DNA of 64,000 bases. Origin: Octopus vulgaris. Taxonomy: Eukaryota. Positions 39,884-54,967 of this stretch are shown here, piece by piece; within the stretch, counting starts at the first letter, position 1, and the number at the start of each line of letters is the position of its first letter. The DNA is taken from contig OX597814.1 in the NCBI GenBank assembly GCA_951406725.2, forward strand, positions 103,540,001 to 103,604,000, in the 5' to 3' direction. The position numbers and the translations under genes are program-made. The notes under the pieces were generated by a model. That model had not been told where the DNA came from, did not search any database, and was given only the letters and a program-made list of their open reading frames with translations.

Positions 39884-40025
39884 TAAATAATAAGGGTAAA
39901 ATATTGATATTAATTAGATTAATATCAATTTAAACCAATGGCCTAGCATATTGAAAAAAATCTGAAGATTCAGAAAATTATATTACATACATATATGTAT
40001 ATATATGTGTATATATATATGTATG

Positions 40026-40083
<58 letters not shown>

Positions 40084-40165
40084 CATACATGCATACATAC
40101 GTACATACATACGTACATACATACATACATGTATACATACATGCATGCATACATACATACATACA

Positions 40166-40197
<32 letters not shown>

Positions 40198-40432
40198 GAC
40201 ATACATACATACACTCTAATTCAATCAGATACTTGCAAATCCCGGAAACTGTCTTAATTCAAAAACCCCTATGTATATAAAATAGTCATATGTATAATAC
40301 TTAATCTATATATACCGTCGATAGGTCAGTCACTTACGGTGTTTAGTGCTCCAGCATTAGGGCTTAAACGTATAAACGAATAAAAGAATATATATGTATG
40401 CATACACACACACAAACACACACTCACACACG

Positions 40433-40515
<83 letters not shown>

Positions 40516-43105
40516 GCACACACAATGACTCTACATTGCTTTTCAAGTTACGATTAATCATTTTGATAGTTTGTAGGAAATGCCAGGCCTTATAGGGTTT
40601 TTTATATGACAGAACTGAGGAAAATGGAAAATGTCTCCGGAGTAGATCAAGCTTGCGCAAGAGTTTGTGCTTTCTGGTCAGCTCCTCGAATGTACAACTG
40701 CAAATTCATTCAGTTTATAAAACTGAAATTATATTTCGAACATAGAAATGAGATCAACCCTTGTTGACAAACACTTCTTATTCATCATTTAGTCATCGTT
40801 GTAAAAGTCAGAAATTGGATGCAAACTTTAAAAAAACTGCCTCCGCTCTGTTTATGTTAGCAGACATATACATCACCCGAGAACCTTTCCTCAAACTCGT
40901 TATTTTTTGATAACCTTTAGTTCTCCAACGAGTAGTTTTACATGAACACAAAGCACCGTTTGTTTTTAACTGTGAGTTGGCGTATTACTAACAACATTAA
41001 TTTATTCTTCTCTTACACAAGTCCTTGAATTTCTTTTATTTTCATCCAGGTCAATCCTGGGGCTATCTGCTTCGATGGCCAAATATGTCAGCTACAAACG
41101 TGTACAGAGTCTCTCACAGAGAAACCTAGCTGGTTTCTATATCATCTGATTTGAAGGTCGATATGTTTAGTCTTTCAGAGCTGGTTTTAGAAAAAGCTTT
41201 TCAAACACTAATGGCTTAAGATTCTCCACCTTCAACTTTTTTGCTGGTGGCTTGACCGAAACGGTTCTCTTGCTTATAAAATTCAATTCCGTTAGCAATG
41301 ACCCCGCGGTCAGCAGTCAGCGTCTCACAAAGATCCTGTTATCGGCACATCATTGTTCTGTTAATGACGTAAGCGTAAATATATATTAAGTACCTGCTGG
41401 CAGTTCCTGTTTCAGGACATTTGATCTTTCTACATACTTGCTATAGTTGTGCTGACTAACGGTATACAATAACAACATCACCAACAATCCTTAGTCATCA
41501 ATATTCACTCGCCGTTAATTACTGGTATGCAATATTATGTTGTTACATTCTCAACCAATGCAACAACAATTCTCCAAGGACTAGTCTTTACAATTAAATG
41601 ATATTCTGTTAGATATAAAATAGTTGAAGCGTTGCAACAAACTCACAACTCATGCCTTCAAATCCATTTTAGATGTTTTCGTTGTACGTCCGGTTAAATT
41701 ATCATTCTCCATTGTTTCACTACAACTGGCTAAAGCAGAATTCACTTCATCTGGCTAAACAGATGTAACGTGAGTTACACCAAATATTTATCCTAATGAC
41801 TGAAAGGGAGAATGGCAGAGTACTTGACCATCTTCTGCATGCCTAGTAGCAACAAGATGTTTTCAGATAAGAGATCTGCTCCGAAAGCTTGCAGAAGAAT
41901 GAACTTTAATAAAATCTGCCACCCAAGAACAGGGACAATTCTTCCGACGAGATCCTACCAAGGCTCTCTAACAAATCTCGTTTAAACCAGAAGCTATTAT
42001 AGAAGACGCTTGACCATTCTGGGTATATTACAAATGGAACAGAATCTTTATATAATCATTTCATAGGACATGAAATAAATCATGAATTAGCGACTTGATG
42101 TCTGGATTTCGACTTTCGAATTTCGCAGACGATATAGAAATTCTTTCTGTTTCATTCTCATTAAAACTATTCCCATTGAATAAATTGATTTCTTGTCTGA
42201 CCTTCCTTTTTGATGTTTTATTTTGATATTTATATAACATTTGAAAAAATCATTTCATTTGAAATATGGGCGCATACGAGAAAGGGTTATAATGTTGAAA
42301 TAGAAATTAAAATGATCTCGAAGCAAATGAGAATAGCCTCATAGCAAATTTATATAATCACGAACAAAATTAAAGGATGAGACACGTGGGATGGAAGAGT
42401 CGTTGAAGAGGTCACAGGTGTGTGACGAAAGGATTCCAGTCATTGGACATAAGATAAAATAATAATAATAATAAACGAGTGAAGAACGAACGTATAGTGC
42501 GAGTGTTTATTTGGCAAGAAAAAAAAGAGAAAAAAAACGACCATCCTGAAATTAAACAATAATTGCTTCAACACACGAGTTTACATCAGGAATCCTGCAA
42601 AACAAATTCATAAACGTAAAAATTAAAAAGTAATTACTTAAAACAGAGTAAGATTTTGAATGGTTTTATCTTAAATGTGACGATATATCATCGTCGTTTA
42701 ACCGAGGTCTCCAATACAGCGTTTAATTATGAATGACAAAAATCAGTCGCAAAGCTGAGAGACTACAAAATCTCGTATTTCACAAAGTTTCACACAGAGA
42801 AGCAAGCGGGGAGCCTTACAAGAAATCTACGCTTAAAATTCCTTTTTTGTGTACAATTTGTCGCTGAAAGAGAAGATTGAGAATCCTTTATTACAGTACT
42901 TGGTGTAGTAATGAAGACAACGGCATATATTTGGTAATCAGGAGTTGTACAACATAATGGCTGAGTGCCTGCGATATGTCTTACATGCTATTGAGAAAGA
43001 CCTAAATATTATTTTGCCTAGCCCTGAATATCATTCTGTGAGAAGTAAAAGCGAAGTTGATATTACATTAAAGAGTAGGGCTGCCAGCTGACAGAATCTT
43101 TATCA

Positions 43106-43529
43106 CATCAATAAGGCGGCGAGCTGGCAGAATCGTTAGCACGCCGGGCGAAATGCTTAGCGGTATTTCGTCTGCCGTTACGTTCTGAGTTCAAATTCCG
43201 CCGAGGTCGACTTTGCCTTTCATCCTTTCGGGGTCGATTAAATAAGTACCAGTTACGCACTGGGGTCGATATAATCGACTTAATCCGTTTGTCTGTCCTT
43301 GTTTGTCCTCTCTGTGTTTAGCCCCTTGTGGGTAGTAAAGAAATAGGTATTTCGTCTGCCGTTACGTTCTGAATTCAAATTCCGCCGAGGTCGACTTTGC
43401 CTGTCATCCTTTCGCGGTCGATAAATTAAGTACCAGTTACGCACTGGGGTCGATGTAATCAACTTAATCCGTGTGTCTGTCCTTGTTTGTCCCCTCTGTG
43501 TTTAGCCCCTTGTAGGCAATAAAGAAATA
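43106..43529 (+). mobile_element. Meta-domain SINE with ~180 bp internal tandem duplication, nested in an older SINE of the same family (~43078-43690)
   Basis: 13 bp TSD agaatctttatca at 43093-43105 and 43530-43542; ggtatttcgtctgcc..aaagaaata occurs twice. Confidence 0.82.
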
Positions 43530-43742
43530 AGAATCTTTATCATAAATTTCGTCGCGGTCGACTTCGCCTTTCATTCTTTCGGGGTTGATGAAATAAGGAC
43601 CAGTTGAGCAGTGGGGTCGATATGATCGACTTGCCCCACCCCAAAACCGAAATTGTTGGCCTTTGGCCTTGTGCTTAAAATTATAACCAATATTATTAAA
43701 CATTTTTCTAAAATCTCCAATAGCATCCCAGGAAATTAGAGA

Positions 43743-44150
43743 AAATATCTAGAGAAAATATTAAGCAAAAATTTCAAAAAAATATATTGAGATTTCATTA
43801 AAAATCATTTTTGTTTGGATGTATCTATATATACATGCATGATTTTTAATAAAATCCCAATATATTTTTTTGAAATTTTTATTTAATATTTTCTCTAGAT
43901 ATTTCCTTGTAAACTGTTTTTAACATTTTCTTATTATTATCAAAGAACATATATATGTACTTTAATATTTTGTGACAACCAGTACTTAACACAACAAAGC
44001 TTATACAAAGCTTTTACATTTTACGTTTGACAATCTTTTTCTAAAAAAGTGAAACCGGTCAAGTAAATAAACATCTTTAAAATTGCATTTTGAAACCTTC
44101 TTTCATATATATTTCCATTCGTGCGGTACCTTACAATTTCACTTTGCTAT
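43743..44150 (+). mobile_element. Older PLE-end remnant related to 8697-13412, with short 5' inversion
   Basis: 44020-44145 aligns with 13320-13410 plus the tail; 43743-43809 is inverted relative to 43839-43904. Confidence 0.75.
44021..44066 (+). ncRNA. Minimal hammerhead motif, U3:A8 variant, GUC site
   Basis: TTACGT-TTGACAA-t-CTTTTT..AAAAAG-t-GAAA-CCGG-TC-AAGTAA. Confidence 0.62.
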
Positions 44151-44182
44151 TTATATATGTATCTCTCTTTCTCTCTCTCTCT

Positions 44183-44236
<54 letters not shown>

Positions 44237-44240
44237 ATAA

Positions 44241-44572
44241 AAGACCCCCTTCGGTCATGAATGACCATGGGATTGAACCTAGAAAGTTACCCTCCTAGAC
44301 ACAAGTCCGGGCAAGGTTGTTTATGGAAGGCCAGCAGTCGCCCATGCATACCAGCCTCCCCTCTCCACGCCACCAGTGTTATCCAAGGGAAAGACAAAGG
44401 TCGATACAGCTTGGTACCAGGGACGTCGCAACTCATTTCTACAGCTGAGTGAACTGGAGCAACGTGAAATAAAGTGCCTTGCTCGAGAACACAACACGCA
44501 GCCCGGTTCGGGATTCGAGCTCACAACCTCACGATCGTAAGCTCGACGCTCTAACCACTGAGCCATGCGCCT
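44241..44572 (-). mobile_element. tRNA-derived CORE-like SINE
   Basis: Head ggcgcatggctcagtggttagagcg..gagctcgaatccc; core shared with 5172. Confidence 0.8.
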
Positions 44573-44581
44573 TCACATGTG

Positions 44582-44627
<46 letters not shown>

Positions 44628-44643
44628 CATACATATATATATA

Positions 44644-44770
<127 letters not shown>

Positions 44771-45632
44771 TGGCAAATTACCGTTCTGATCACGGTTAAG
44801 TGATTTCGAAACTATGATGCTCGTATAATAGAGGATATAAACTAGATAATGCGGGCGTGCAATGCTCGAAAACAGAATGATTTTGCCATGTTGGAAAGTC
44901 TTTGTTCAATCTTGTTCAATCCTAGCCTAGGGCTCAACAGTAACACCAACAACAACCACAACAACAGCAATAGAAGTGGTACAAAAGCGTAATTGTTTGC
45001 TGTGAATTTTGCGCCATTTTTGTCTTTTGGAAAGAAGCGGAATTGTGTTGCAAAGTTATTGAAAGGTGCGTGAGAACCGGAACGCAAATCTGCGTGTGTT
45101 GAGGAAACTATTCGTCTTACATGTCACTTATTTGTCATTCGGTATATTTGATAACATTTCAAATGTCCCCGGGTGTGGTTAGGGTACCATGGCTTTTAGG
45201 AATCAACTCAGGTCAGTCACTTTCTCTGTTAGTTGTCGGCTGACATATTTAGAAATCAAAAATCATTTGTTGCCGTTGTTGTTGTACAAAATGAATCGAG
45301 TTTAGGGGAAAAAACTAATTGCCAAAATCTCTGGTAGCTTTTTATAATTATTTTCTGCATAAATTAATGCTGCCCTCCCCCCACCCTCCCGAGAATATGT
45401 TTATCTATTTCTCCTCCTCCTCTTCCTCTCTTAACATGCCTGCAATGTATCAATGCAACAACTTAAAACTTGTCAGTTTCGTTTTCGTCTAAACGTCGTG
45501 GTGGTGGTGGTGGTGATGGTGGTGTGGTGGTGATTGTGATGGTGGTGTGGTGGTGGTGGTGGTGATGGTGGTGGTGATTGTGATGGTGGTGTGGTGGTGG
45601 TGGTGGTAGACGCCGTCGTCATCGTCGTTGTT

Positions 45633-45995
45633 GTTGAGCGAACGGTCTTCATCCCAGAGCTCGGAATATGGGAGAAGTCCGAAACGTGGTCCTTTGCTAT
45701 TCGTAAGACCCGCAGAAGAGAAAGCAGGTCAACCCCCGACACCGATAGTATCGACGGATGGATGAATGTGCATACAGGATCAGCGTAGGAAGTCGGGGAC
45801 AAGAAACAAGAAGAAAGAGTGAGAGAAAGTTGGGGCGAAAGAGTACAACAGGGGTCGCCACCACCCTCAGCCGGAGTCTCGTGGAGCTTTAGGTGTTTTC
45901 GCTCAATAGACACACACAACGCTCGGTCTGGGAATCGAAACCGCGATCCTCCGACCGCCAGTCCGCTGCCCTAACCACTGGGCCATTGCGCCTCC
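45633..45995 (-). mobile_element. tRNA-derived SINE
   Basis: Head and body match 23393-23590; different tail ending in (CAA)n. Confidence 0.8.
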
Positions 45996-46274
45996 ATTGT
46001 TGTTGATGCGCCAATCATCTATGATCATGCAGAGCTATTATCCACGGCACTCCAGCCGTGACGATCCCGTCTTTCTTTTAAGGTCGATGTGTATCTAGGC
46101 TTACATTATACAGTGTGTCCTTACCTGTAGGGTGTTATTCGAGAGAGATTTGATTTGTATTTCTAACAACTTGAGAGGCCACGTGTAGAGGCTTCTTCAT
46201 GAAACTGGAGTGTTTCGTTGTTGTTTGTGTTGGTATTCAACACCACCACCACCACCACCACCACCACCACCACC

Positions 46275-46320
<46 letters not shown>

Positions 46321-46407
46321 GAGTCCTTACAAACGCCAATGAGTGTATATTTAAGGGCATATGTTACCTTATGTCTTTAAGCAAGTAACACACTCGACTT
46401 TACTTTT

Positions 46408-46468
<61 letters not shown>

Positions 46469-46682
46469 ATATACATACAACACACACACAATCATATAGA
46501 GAGAGATCAATCAAGTTGATTGGGACTTCGCAATGTAGACTCTACTCTCAATATAGTCACACGATCTTCAAGTTTTCGGTTGTTATTCTTAAACAAGCTT
46601 TAAAAATGGCTTCCATCCATCGTTGCTTTACCATTTTATCGATGCTGTACCAAATTATTCTGAGCCTATGTTCTATGTAGAA

Positions 46683-47250
46683 CAGTGGCTCTCAACCTGT
46701 GTCTATATGACCTCTAGGGATCCATATAAGATTGTTGGGGTCCACGCTATCAAAATATTAAATTGGGGACCCACATTAGTATTTTAAGGGTTCATGAAAA
46801 GTTTTGATTTAAATTAATGTCGTGCAAGAAACGGCCATTTTGCATCGTTCAAGTGAATGAATAAATAACAAAATACGTATTTTGAAGAAATTATCTATAA
46901 AACTGTGGAGGCGCGTGGCTAAGTGGTTAGGGTGTCAGCATCATGATCGTAAGATTGTGGTTTCGATTCCCCGACCGGGCGACGCGTTGTGTTCTTGAGT
47001 AAAACACTTTATTTCACGTTGCTCCAGTCCACTCAGCTGGCAAAAATGAGTAACGCTGCGATGGACTGGCGTCCCGTCCAGCTGGAGAACTCATACGCCA
47101 TAGAAACCTGGATAGGCTTTAAAAGGGCGTATTTATTATTTATTATCTATAAAACTAGTTTTTTTTTTAAACATCGTACGTCTATGGGGTTACACCACAA
47201 CAGAAGAATAATGAAAGAGGCCCATGGGTAAAGAATGTCGAGAACCATTA
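46683..47250. mobile_element. hAT (Charlie-like) MITE, old
   Basis: TIRs cagtggctctcaac / gtcgagaaccatta; 8 bp flanks atgtagaa / atgcagac (6/8). Confidence 0.65.
46905..47141 (+). mobile_element. tRNA-derived SINE inserted in the MITE
   Basis: 15 bp TSD attatctataaaact; matches 23155-23390. Confidence 0.88.
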
Positions 47251-47703
47251 ATGCAGACAATAACAGCAAAGTTTATGTTATAGCTTTGCCTTCAGTGTTT
47301 TGGGGCAATGGCTTTGAACTTTGCAGAAAATTTAGCATGAATCAAAACTAAATGTTATAGGATTAATCTCGAGTCTATATATGATCGGGGCAACTGTGTG
47401 AGTGCGATATTTATTTATATTTCGTTCATGAAAATTACCGGCAAAATAACAAACTTGTATTTTTAACTGCACTGACTTGTGCAGCTGTGATCTGCCACTA
47501 GAGTGTAGCACTATCGTCATTGTTTTGTCGTCAGCTATGAGGCTGACTAAAAGCCGAAATTGTCAACATACCTTTAACATTTAAACTTTAACCTTTCTGA
47601 GAATATTTTCCTTTCACTTGTACATAATGAACAAATGTTTCTTAAAAATAATATCGTTGTTAAATAATGTAATATATACAAATTGAATGAAGTATGTATA
47701 GAT

Positions 47704-47756
<53 letters not shown>

Positions 47757-47761
47757 CGTGC

Positions 47762-47807
<46 letters not shown>

Positions 47808-47936
47808 ATGGTGATGGTTGTTCACCACCATACCTATATTTCGCGACCCGTCTCTTTTGCCTGTGCTTCTAATTGTTGTTTCTCTGTATCGTCTATCTGT
47901 CCGAATGTTTTAATGTCCTCTATTGCGTTTTGTTCC

Positions 47937-48007
<71 letters not shown>

Positions 48008-49221
48008 AATGAGGAAGGAAATGTTGTAAAATATTTTCTATTTTCTCGCCCTGTTTATTTCGTGTTCCTTTCTGTGGAAGAGCGTTGGCTCAAAACGTAA
48101 AAGACTTTCTCCCTTCCCGAGCGTTAAACAAATGCATCTGTTGGTTGTTTACACACCCGTCTTTTGTTTTTTTGTAAATTCTCACTATTGTAAAATAAGG
48201 TGAGTTGCTTACGTGCAATGTATCGCAACTCACGTGAAAGCATTCAAATAGAAAGAAAAAGTCGTATATTCTATACAGGTTAATGTGATTGCACACACGT
48301 GCGCGCGCGTATGTATTTATGTTTTAAGGGAAATTTGTCATAAAGTGTAAGTTAATTTGTTTGTTTACTGTTTTTCTTCTTTTCATTCCTTCCTCGTATG
48401 TCATCTCTTTAATTCCTTACTCTCTACACAACCCTCACACAAGTGCTCTCCTCTTAACCGAGGCATTAGTGCTGCCAAACAAAAAAAACCCTCCATATTT
48501 TATAATAAGAAAGAAAACTTTATCAATTTAATAGCATCCGGGGGATGACAAACTTGACAAAATGATACCAACGCAGATGCTACTTATACAGTAAGTATTT
48601 CATTTCTGTCGTCGCCATTTTGACTCGTCTAGAATGACTTTTGTCGGAAACGAGCGTTGTTTACATCTTAACTGTTCGTTGAAATCTAGTGAAGCAGATT
48701 TCATCTACTTGGACCAAGTGGAGCCTGATTCTATTGCTGTTACTCAATGACTATACATGATCAATGTAAATATGAAGTCATACAAATGACAAGACGTTAA
48801 TAAATGATGTGGCTTAAGTGTTAACAACTTAAACGTTGTTGACGTTTTCAGAAAGAAACGAAAGCCAATCGCTGCGTTAAGATGTTTACAAACGATAATA
48901 CTTACAGAGTCAATAATATAAATAAAACAAATTTAATAAACTCTTTTTATAGGAATTTATTCAGTAATTAACAAGAGAGCAGAGAAAATTAGAATAATGA
49001 ACAACGCCTATTTCAAATAAAATTAAGATTCACCGTCATTTTGGCGGCGGTTTAAAAATTCTTCAGTTTTACTGAAATAATAAATATTAGCATGGGTTAA
49101 TGCACACACCCTCTTTATATACATACATACATACATACATACATACATACATACATACATACATACATACATACATACATACATACATACATACATACAT
49201 ACATACATACATACATACATA

Positions 49222-51990
49222 CTGAAATTTTCCGAGAAAAAGTAACTTTGGCATTGAAGTACTCTTTCGAGGAGAGAGTATTATCTACCAAAGTAAGTAA
49301 AAAAAAACCCACCAGATACAGTATTTAAAGCTGTTAACGAAATTGGTGATGAGTATTTACAACAGTGTGAGGAACCCACATTCAGGCAGATTAACGCCAG
49401 TCTGACATATTCTCTGGCTACTACTGTAAAATTATACATGAGTGCTATTCGAAAGGTGAACAAATCCGATACAACAAAGAAAGTACCATCATGGGATTTG
49501 AAGACAGAGAAAAAAGATAACTGGTTTACAGAAGACCATCAGTCATGTAATGATGCTTATTGCATGCAAACAAGCAAATCACCATACGTCCCACCAATAG
49601 AAAGTAAAGAAGGAGAGAGAAATGATGTTTGGAGACAACAAAAAGAGGACACTCACTTGCAAACTGATTACTCTCAAGCAGGAGCTAAAAGCTGTCAGTG
49701 AAAAACTCCGACATCAGAAGAGAATAACCGAGAGAAGAACAATGAACAAAAAATCTGACCGCAACAACGCAGCAGTATACAGAGACATGAGAGGAGGGGC
49801 AGTAAACATCACGGAGGCTCCTTCACGGGAAGACATAGATTCCTTCTGGAAGAAAATCTGGATTGAAAAGAAATTCAACCACGACTCACTGTAGCTGGAA
49901 GAAATCCGAAAGTTACTGCTTCTGTGTTACATTCAAGACATACAACATTGATGGCGAAACTTTTGCAACTGTGATCCAGAAACTTCAGGATGGAAAAGCA
50001 CCTGGAAGAGACATGATTGTTGGATATTGGTACAAGAAGCTAACATTCAACCGACCATATCTTATCAATCTGTACCAGCAAACTCTCAGTGGGAACAGTA
50101 ACATACCACACTGATTAGCTCTGGCAGAGGCACAATTGATCCCCAAATACAGAACTACCCACATGGCAAAAAAACTACCGGCCAATTGCATGCCAGAACT
50201 TAATGTATAAGATATATACAGCATGTTTAAACCTCTTCCTCCGGGACCATTGTGAAACCAATAACATTATCACAGCAGAACAAGCAGCTGGGAAGAAGGG
50301 AGTCTGTGGATGTGCCGAACAATTATTAATCAACAAAATTGTGATGTCAGAGGTACGAGAGCATAGGAGGAACCTAGTTTCAATGTGGCTAGACTACAAG
50401 AAAGCCTTTGTTTCTGTTACCCATTCATGGATGCTAGAAGCCCTTCAAATTGCTAAAGTTCCAGTGAGAATAGTCAAAGCCATAACTGACCTAACTTCAT
50501 CGTGGGCCATCATATTGAAATTAAACACAAAGAGTGACTGCACTATCACCGATGGAATACAGTTTCGCAAAGGCATGTTCCATGCCTCTCCAAGATGTTT
50601 ATACTTTCTGTAAACCCCTTGTCATTCATGTTAAGGAAATCTAAAGGATATCTCACTGGTTCACAAGGAAGCAGAAATACCAAAATTACACACTGTTTCT
50701 TTGTGGATGACTTAAAACTTTATGCAAAGAATATGCACGAGATGAAAAAGATCCTTGACCTAGTTACAACATTCTCAAAGGATGTAGGGTTAGAGTTTGG
50801 TCAGGATAAATGTTGCTATAGGGTTGTGAAAAGAGGGAAAACTGTAAACCAGACTAGTAACATCTCCATCAATGTTTTGACTGTTTTCCCTGTATCTGAC
50901 GAGAAATGTTACAGATATCTAGGTGTGGGTGAAAATATATCTTACAATGACACCTGTAACAAAACACGTGTTACTAAAGAATATTTCAGCCGAATAAAGG
51001 AAATTTGTACCTCAGAACTCTCTGCATTCAACAAAACAGTGGCCCACAATGTGTTTGCAGTGCCAGTACTCATACCATCATTTGGGCTGCTTGATTGGAT
51101 GCTTGATGAGATCTGAGCCATTGAGGTGAAAACCTTGGAAATACTAACCAGCACACATAATTTCCACATAAATAGTGACGTAGACTGCCACTACCTAAAA
51201 CGAAAAGAAGGCGGCAGAGGCTTAACATCAATAAAAAATTGCCTTTGAATTTCGTACCATATCCCTTCGGCAACATCCTTTAACTACCAAGTGTTGAAGT
51301 GCATCCCTTGACCAAATTTGCATACACACATAAAACCTGGGAGGCAGCTCCTTGAGCAACATTCTTTGTCTGATAATCTAGAATACATGCCCAAAGAAGT
51401 CGCACGACTCTACCACAATGTATCATCAGATGAAAGGATGAGTGTATATGAGCAGAAAGACTAGGCATGGAGATGTCAGTAGAAATTTCCGTGATGATAG
51501 TAAGTGTACCAGTGTACCAGGGACCAATAGCCGGATTACTACCTCCCGCTTTGAAGGGTACGCGTTTGCAATACAGGAACAGGAAATATCAACTAAGTAC
51601 CTGATGTACAGAAGGAACAGAGATACAGAAAAAACCGTAAAATGTGACAATCAATGCAGACTTTGTGGAGTTCATACTGAAGATATCACCCACATCATAA
51701 ACAATTGTCCGAAAATGTCATTACAGTGGATCTATCGATGAGACATGTTGCAGCTAGGACATTCTATAATGAAATCTGTCAGAAGGATAATCCCGAGGAC
51801 AAAGAAATAAGAATCTACAATATAGTGGAAGCCATAGCCACTCACAATAAAAAGGAAGTCTGGTGGAATGTAGCAGTTAAGACCTCAATAAAATGTAAGC
51901 ACAACAGACCTGATATAATGATTTGGGATAGAGAAGAGAAACTGTGCACAGTGGTGGAAATTAGCCGCCCAGAGGATGTTCCTATATAAA
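49222..51990 (+). mobile_element. R4-like RLE retrotransposon (family E), decayed
   Basis: KAPGRD, WLDYKKAF, FFVDDLKLYA, CRLCG..HIINNC, NRPDIMI; 5' junction abuts (ACAT)n. Confidence 0.88.
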
Positions 51991-52020
51991 GACATAACAA
52001 ACTAAAATTATATAAGTAGA

Positions 52021-52552
52021 AGTTGTTGAAATAATTTTACTTCGGTAAATAATGAACAGAAATGTGGAATAAAAGTAGGAAAAAGAAATGTTAGTAAAAA
52101 GAAATGTTAACTTATCTGTATGGTAATTTTCTCTGCACGAATTAAACATGGCTACCAGCAATCGTATAATCCAACATTGAGAGCTAATGTGTAAGGGAGA
52201 TAATTCTTATTAACATTTAAAAGTTCTTAAGAGGTATTTACTATTATTTATAATTACCGTGTAAGGGAAGTGAATAATAATAAGTCAGGAGAGGCCAGAA
52301 GTGAGTTTATGATGAGAATTGTCTAATTTTCTATGTGGTTAATTTATTTTATTAATATGTTAACTTTTATAAATAATAAATTTCTAGGTCTATTTTAATG
52401 TTGGATTTTACGATTGCTGGTAGCCATGTTTAATTCGTGGAGAGAAAATTACCATATAGATAAGTTAACATTTCTTTTTACTAACATATTTTCCCTTCTT
52501 TTATTCCACATTTCCGTTCATTATTTACTAAAGTAAAATTATTCCAACAACT
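52021..52552. mobile_element. Fold-back/MITE-like element with ~160 bp inverted arms
   Basis: 52021-52179 is the reverse complement of ~52397-52552. Confidence 0.75.
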
Positions 52553-53326
<774 letters not shown>

Positions 53327-53427
53327 CCCATATGTCCATCCAATGAACTGTATAGGTAGTTAGAAAAAAGTGAGCTGCTACATGCTGAAAAAAAAGGGCG
53401 CCGAAAGAGGGGCCAGGGAATGAAGGG

Positions 53428-53817
53428 TCAGCCCTGAGCTCCGTAGGTATGCTTCTGGTCTACATTTGCTTGTTTGTTACGAGTCACATATTTGCCATGA
53501 AGAAGTTTTTGTTCCCACCTATCAGCCAATTGTTCAAACGCATTTTGCTTTGCTATTGATTTCACCTTCTTTACAATTACAGTTACTGCACTTCTATCAT
53601 GCTGTTCAACCTGGGCATTATGAATAAATTCACTAACAAATTTTTTGCTCTTCTTCATAATAAAATAGAGCTTTTTGCGTTTTTCATGGTTTTCAACGAG
53701 CTTTAGCATCCAGTTGTTAGATGTTTCAAGATATTTTGCCAGTCCAATTGTGGTAGTCTTGTAAGAGATTTCAAAATTGATCAAGCCTCGACCACAATTC
53801 ACAGGTAAAATATGCAT
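53428..53817 (-). mobile_element. R4/Dong internal fragment
   Basis: GRGLI..WEQKLLHGKY. Confidence 0.78.
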
Positions 53818-53819
53818 TT

Positions 53820-54790
53820 AAAAGATTAATAAATAAATACATTCATGAATGAATATTGTTTTCACAACGATAATGTTCTTCTCAGTACATGAGCCGTTCC
53901 AGTTAACATGATTCTTTGCACTTCCTGTAGGGATGGTAAGCCTAGAATCATTTTCAAATAGATTTCAGTACCTTTTTTTTTTTTATCATTCCTAGAGAAC
54001 CTACAATCACTGGTACTCTAGTCGCCTTGAGTTGCCAGTTTTTTCAATTTCTATTAGCAAGTCTTTATATTTACTGATCTTGTCAAATTCTTTCGCCGCT
54101 ATATTGTGACCGCAAGGAATACTCATGTCAATTAATAAACACATCCTTTTTGTCTGATCTTTTATAATAATATTCGGTTTATTAGCTTTTATATTTTTGT
54201 CGGTATGTACGGAGAAGTCCCATAGAATCGACACATTTTCTCCCTCAGTCACAGCTTCAGGATGGTGTTTATACCATTTGTCAGCGGTTTTGATTTTATA
54301 ATGCCGATATATTGTCCAATGTAAATACTGGCCGACTCTGTCATGTCTTGCTTTATATTCTACAGGTGCTAAGACTCTACATCCTGAGATTAGGTGGTCT
54401 ATAGGTTCAATCTCATCGTTACGGAATTGGCATTTTGGGTCAGATCCATTTTTTATCACATTGGCTTGGTAGTTCCGGGTTAATAAGCTTTGGTCTTGAG
54501 CAGCTAATATGAAACTTTCACTCTCCGCTTTTAGCCATGAGCTTCGTAACCATTGGTGCGTGTGTTTCTGGTCGACATCAGCTTGTTTGCTACGGACCAC
54601 ATACTTGCCATGCAGACGTTTCTATTCCCATCTGCAAGCTAATTTTTCATGTGCTTTTGTCTTTGCAATCAATTTTATTTTCTTTGCAGCAGCAGTTGGC
54701 GCATTTCCTTCAACCTGATCAATCTGGTAGGTATCTAAAAGATCAGTAGCGAATTTTTTGCTCTTTCAGAATAGAGTGAAGTTTTTTTCG
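53820..54790 (-). mobile_element. R4/Dong 3' part (ZnK-RLE)
   Basis: ORF 54007-54600: AAQDQSL, HLISGC, RHD, LLIDMS, KYKDL. Confidence 0.85.
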
Positions 54791-54794
54791 GTTT

Positions 54795-54841
<47 letters not shown>

Positions 54842-54967
54842 TATTATTATTATTATTATTATTGTTGTTGTTGTTGTTGTTGTTTTTGTTGTTGCTGCTG
54901 TTGTTGTTGTTGTTTATCATCATCATCATCATCATTATCATTATTATTATTATTATTATCATTATTT

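Noticed and set aside
40900-41900. Possible very old LINE RT relic (GFRK-like and other faint motifs)
   Set aside because: Too degenerate to support by eye; needs tBLASTn or an HMM search.
45473-45919. 148-aa ORF with Thr/Pro/His tail
   Set aside because: Spans a SINE and a (CAC)n microsatellite.
48536-48590. Possible 55 nt host exon (AG...GTAAGT)
   Set aside because: Weak polypyrimidine tract, no recognisable peptide, no partner exons; needs RNA-seq.
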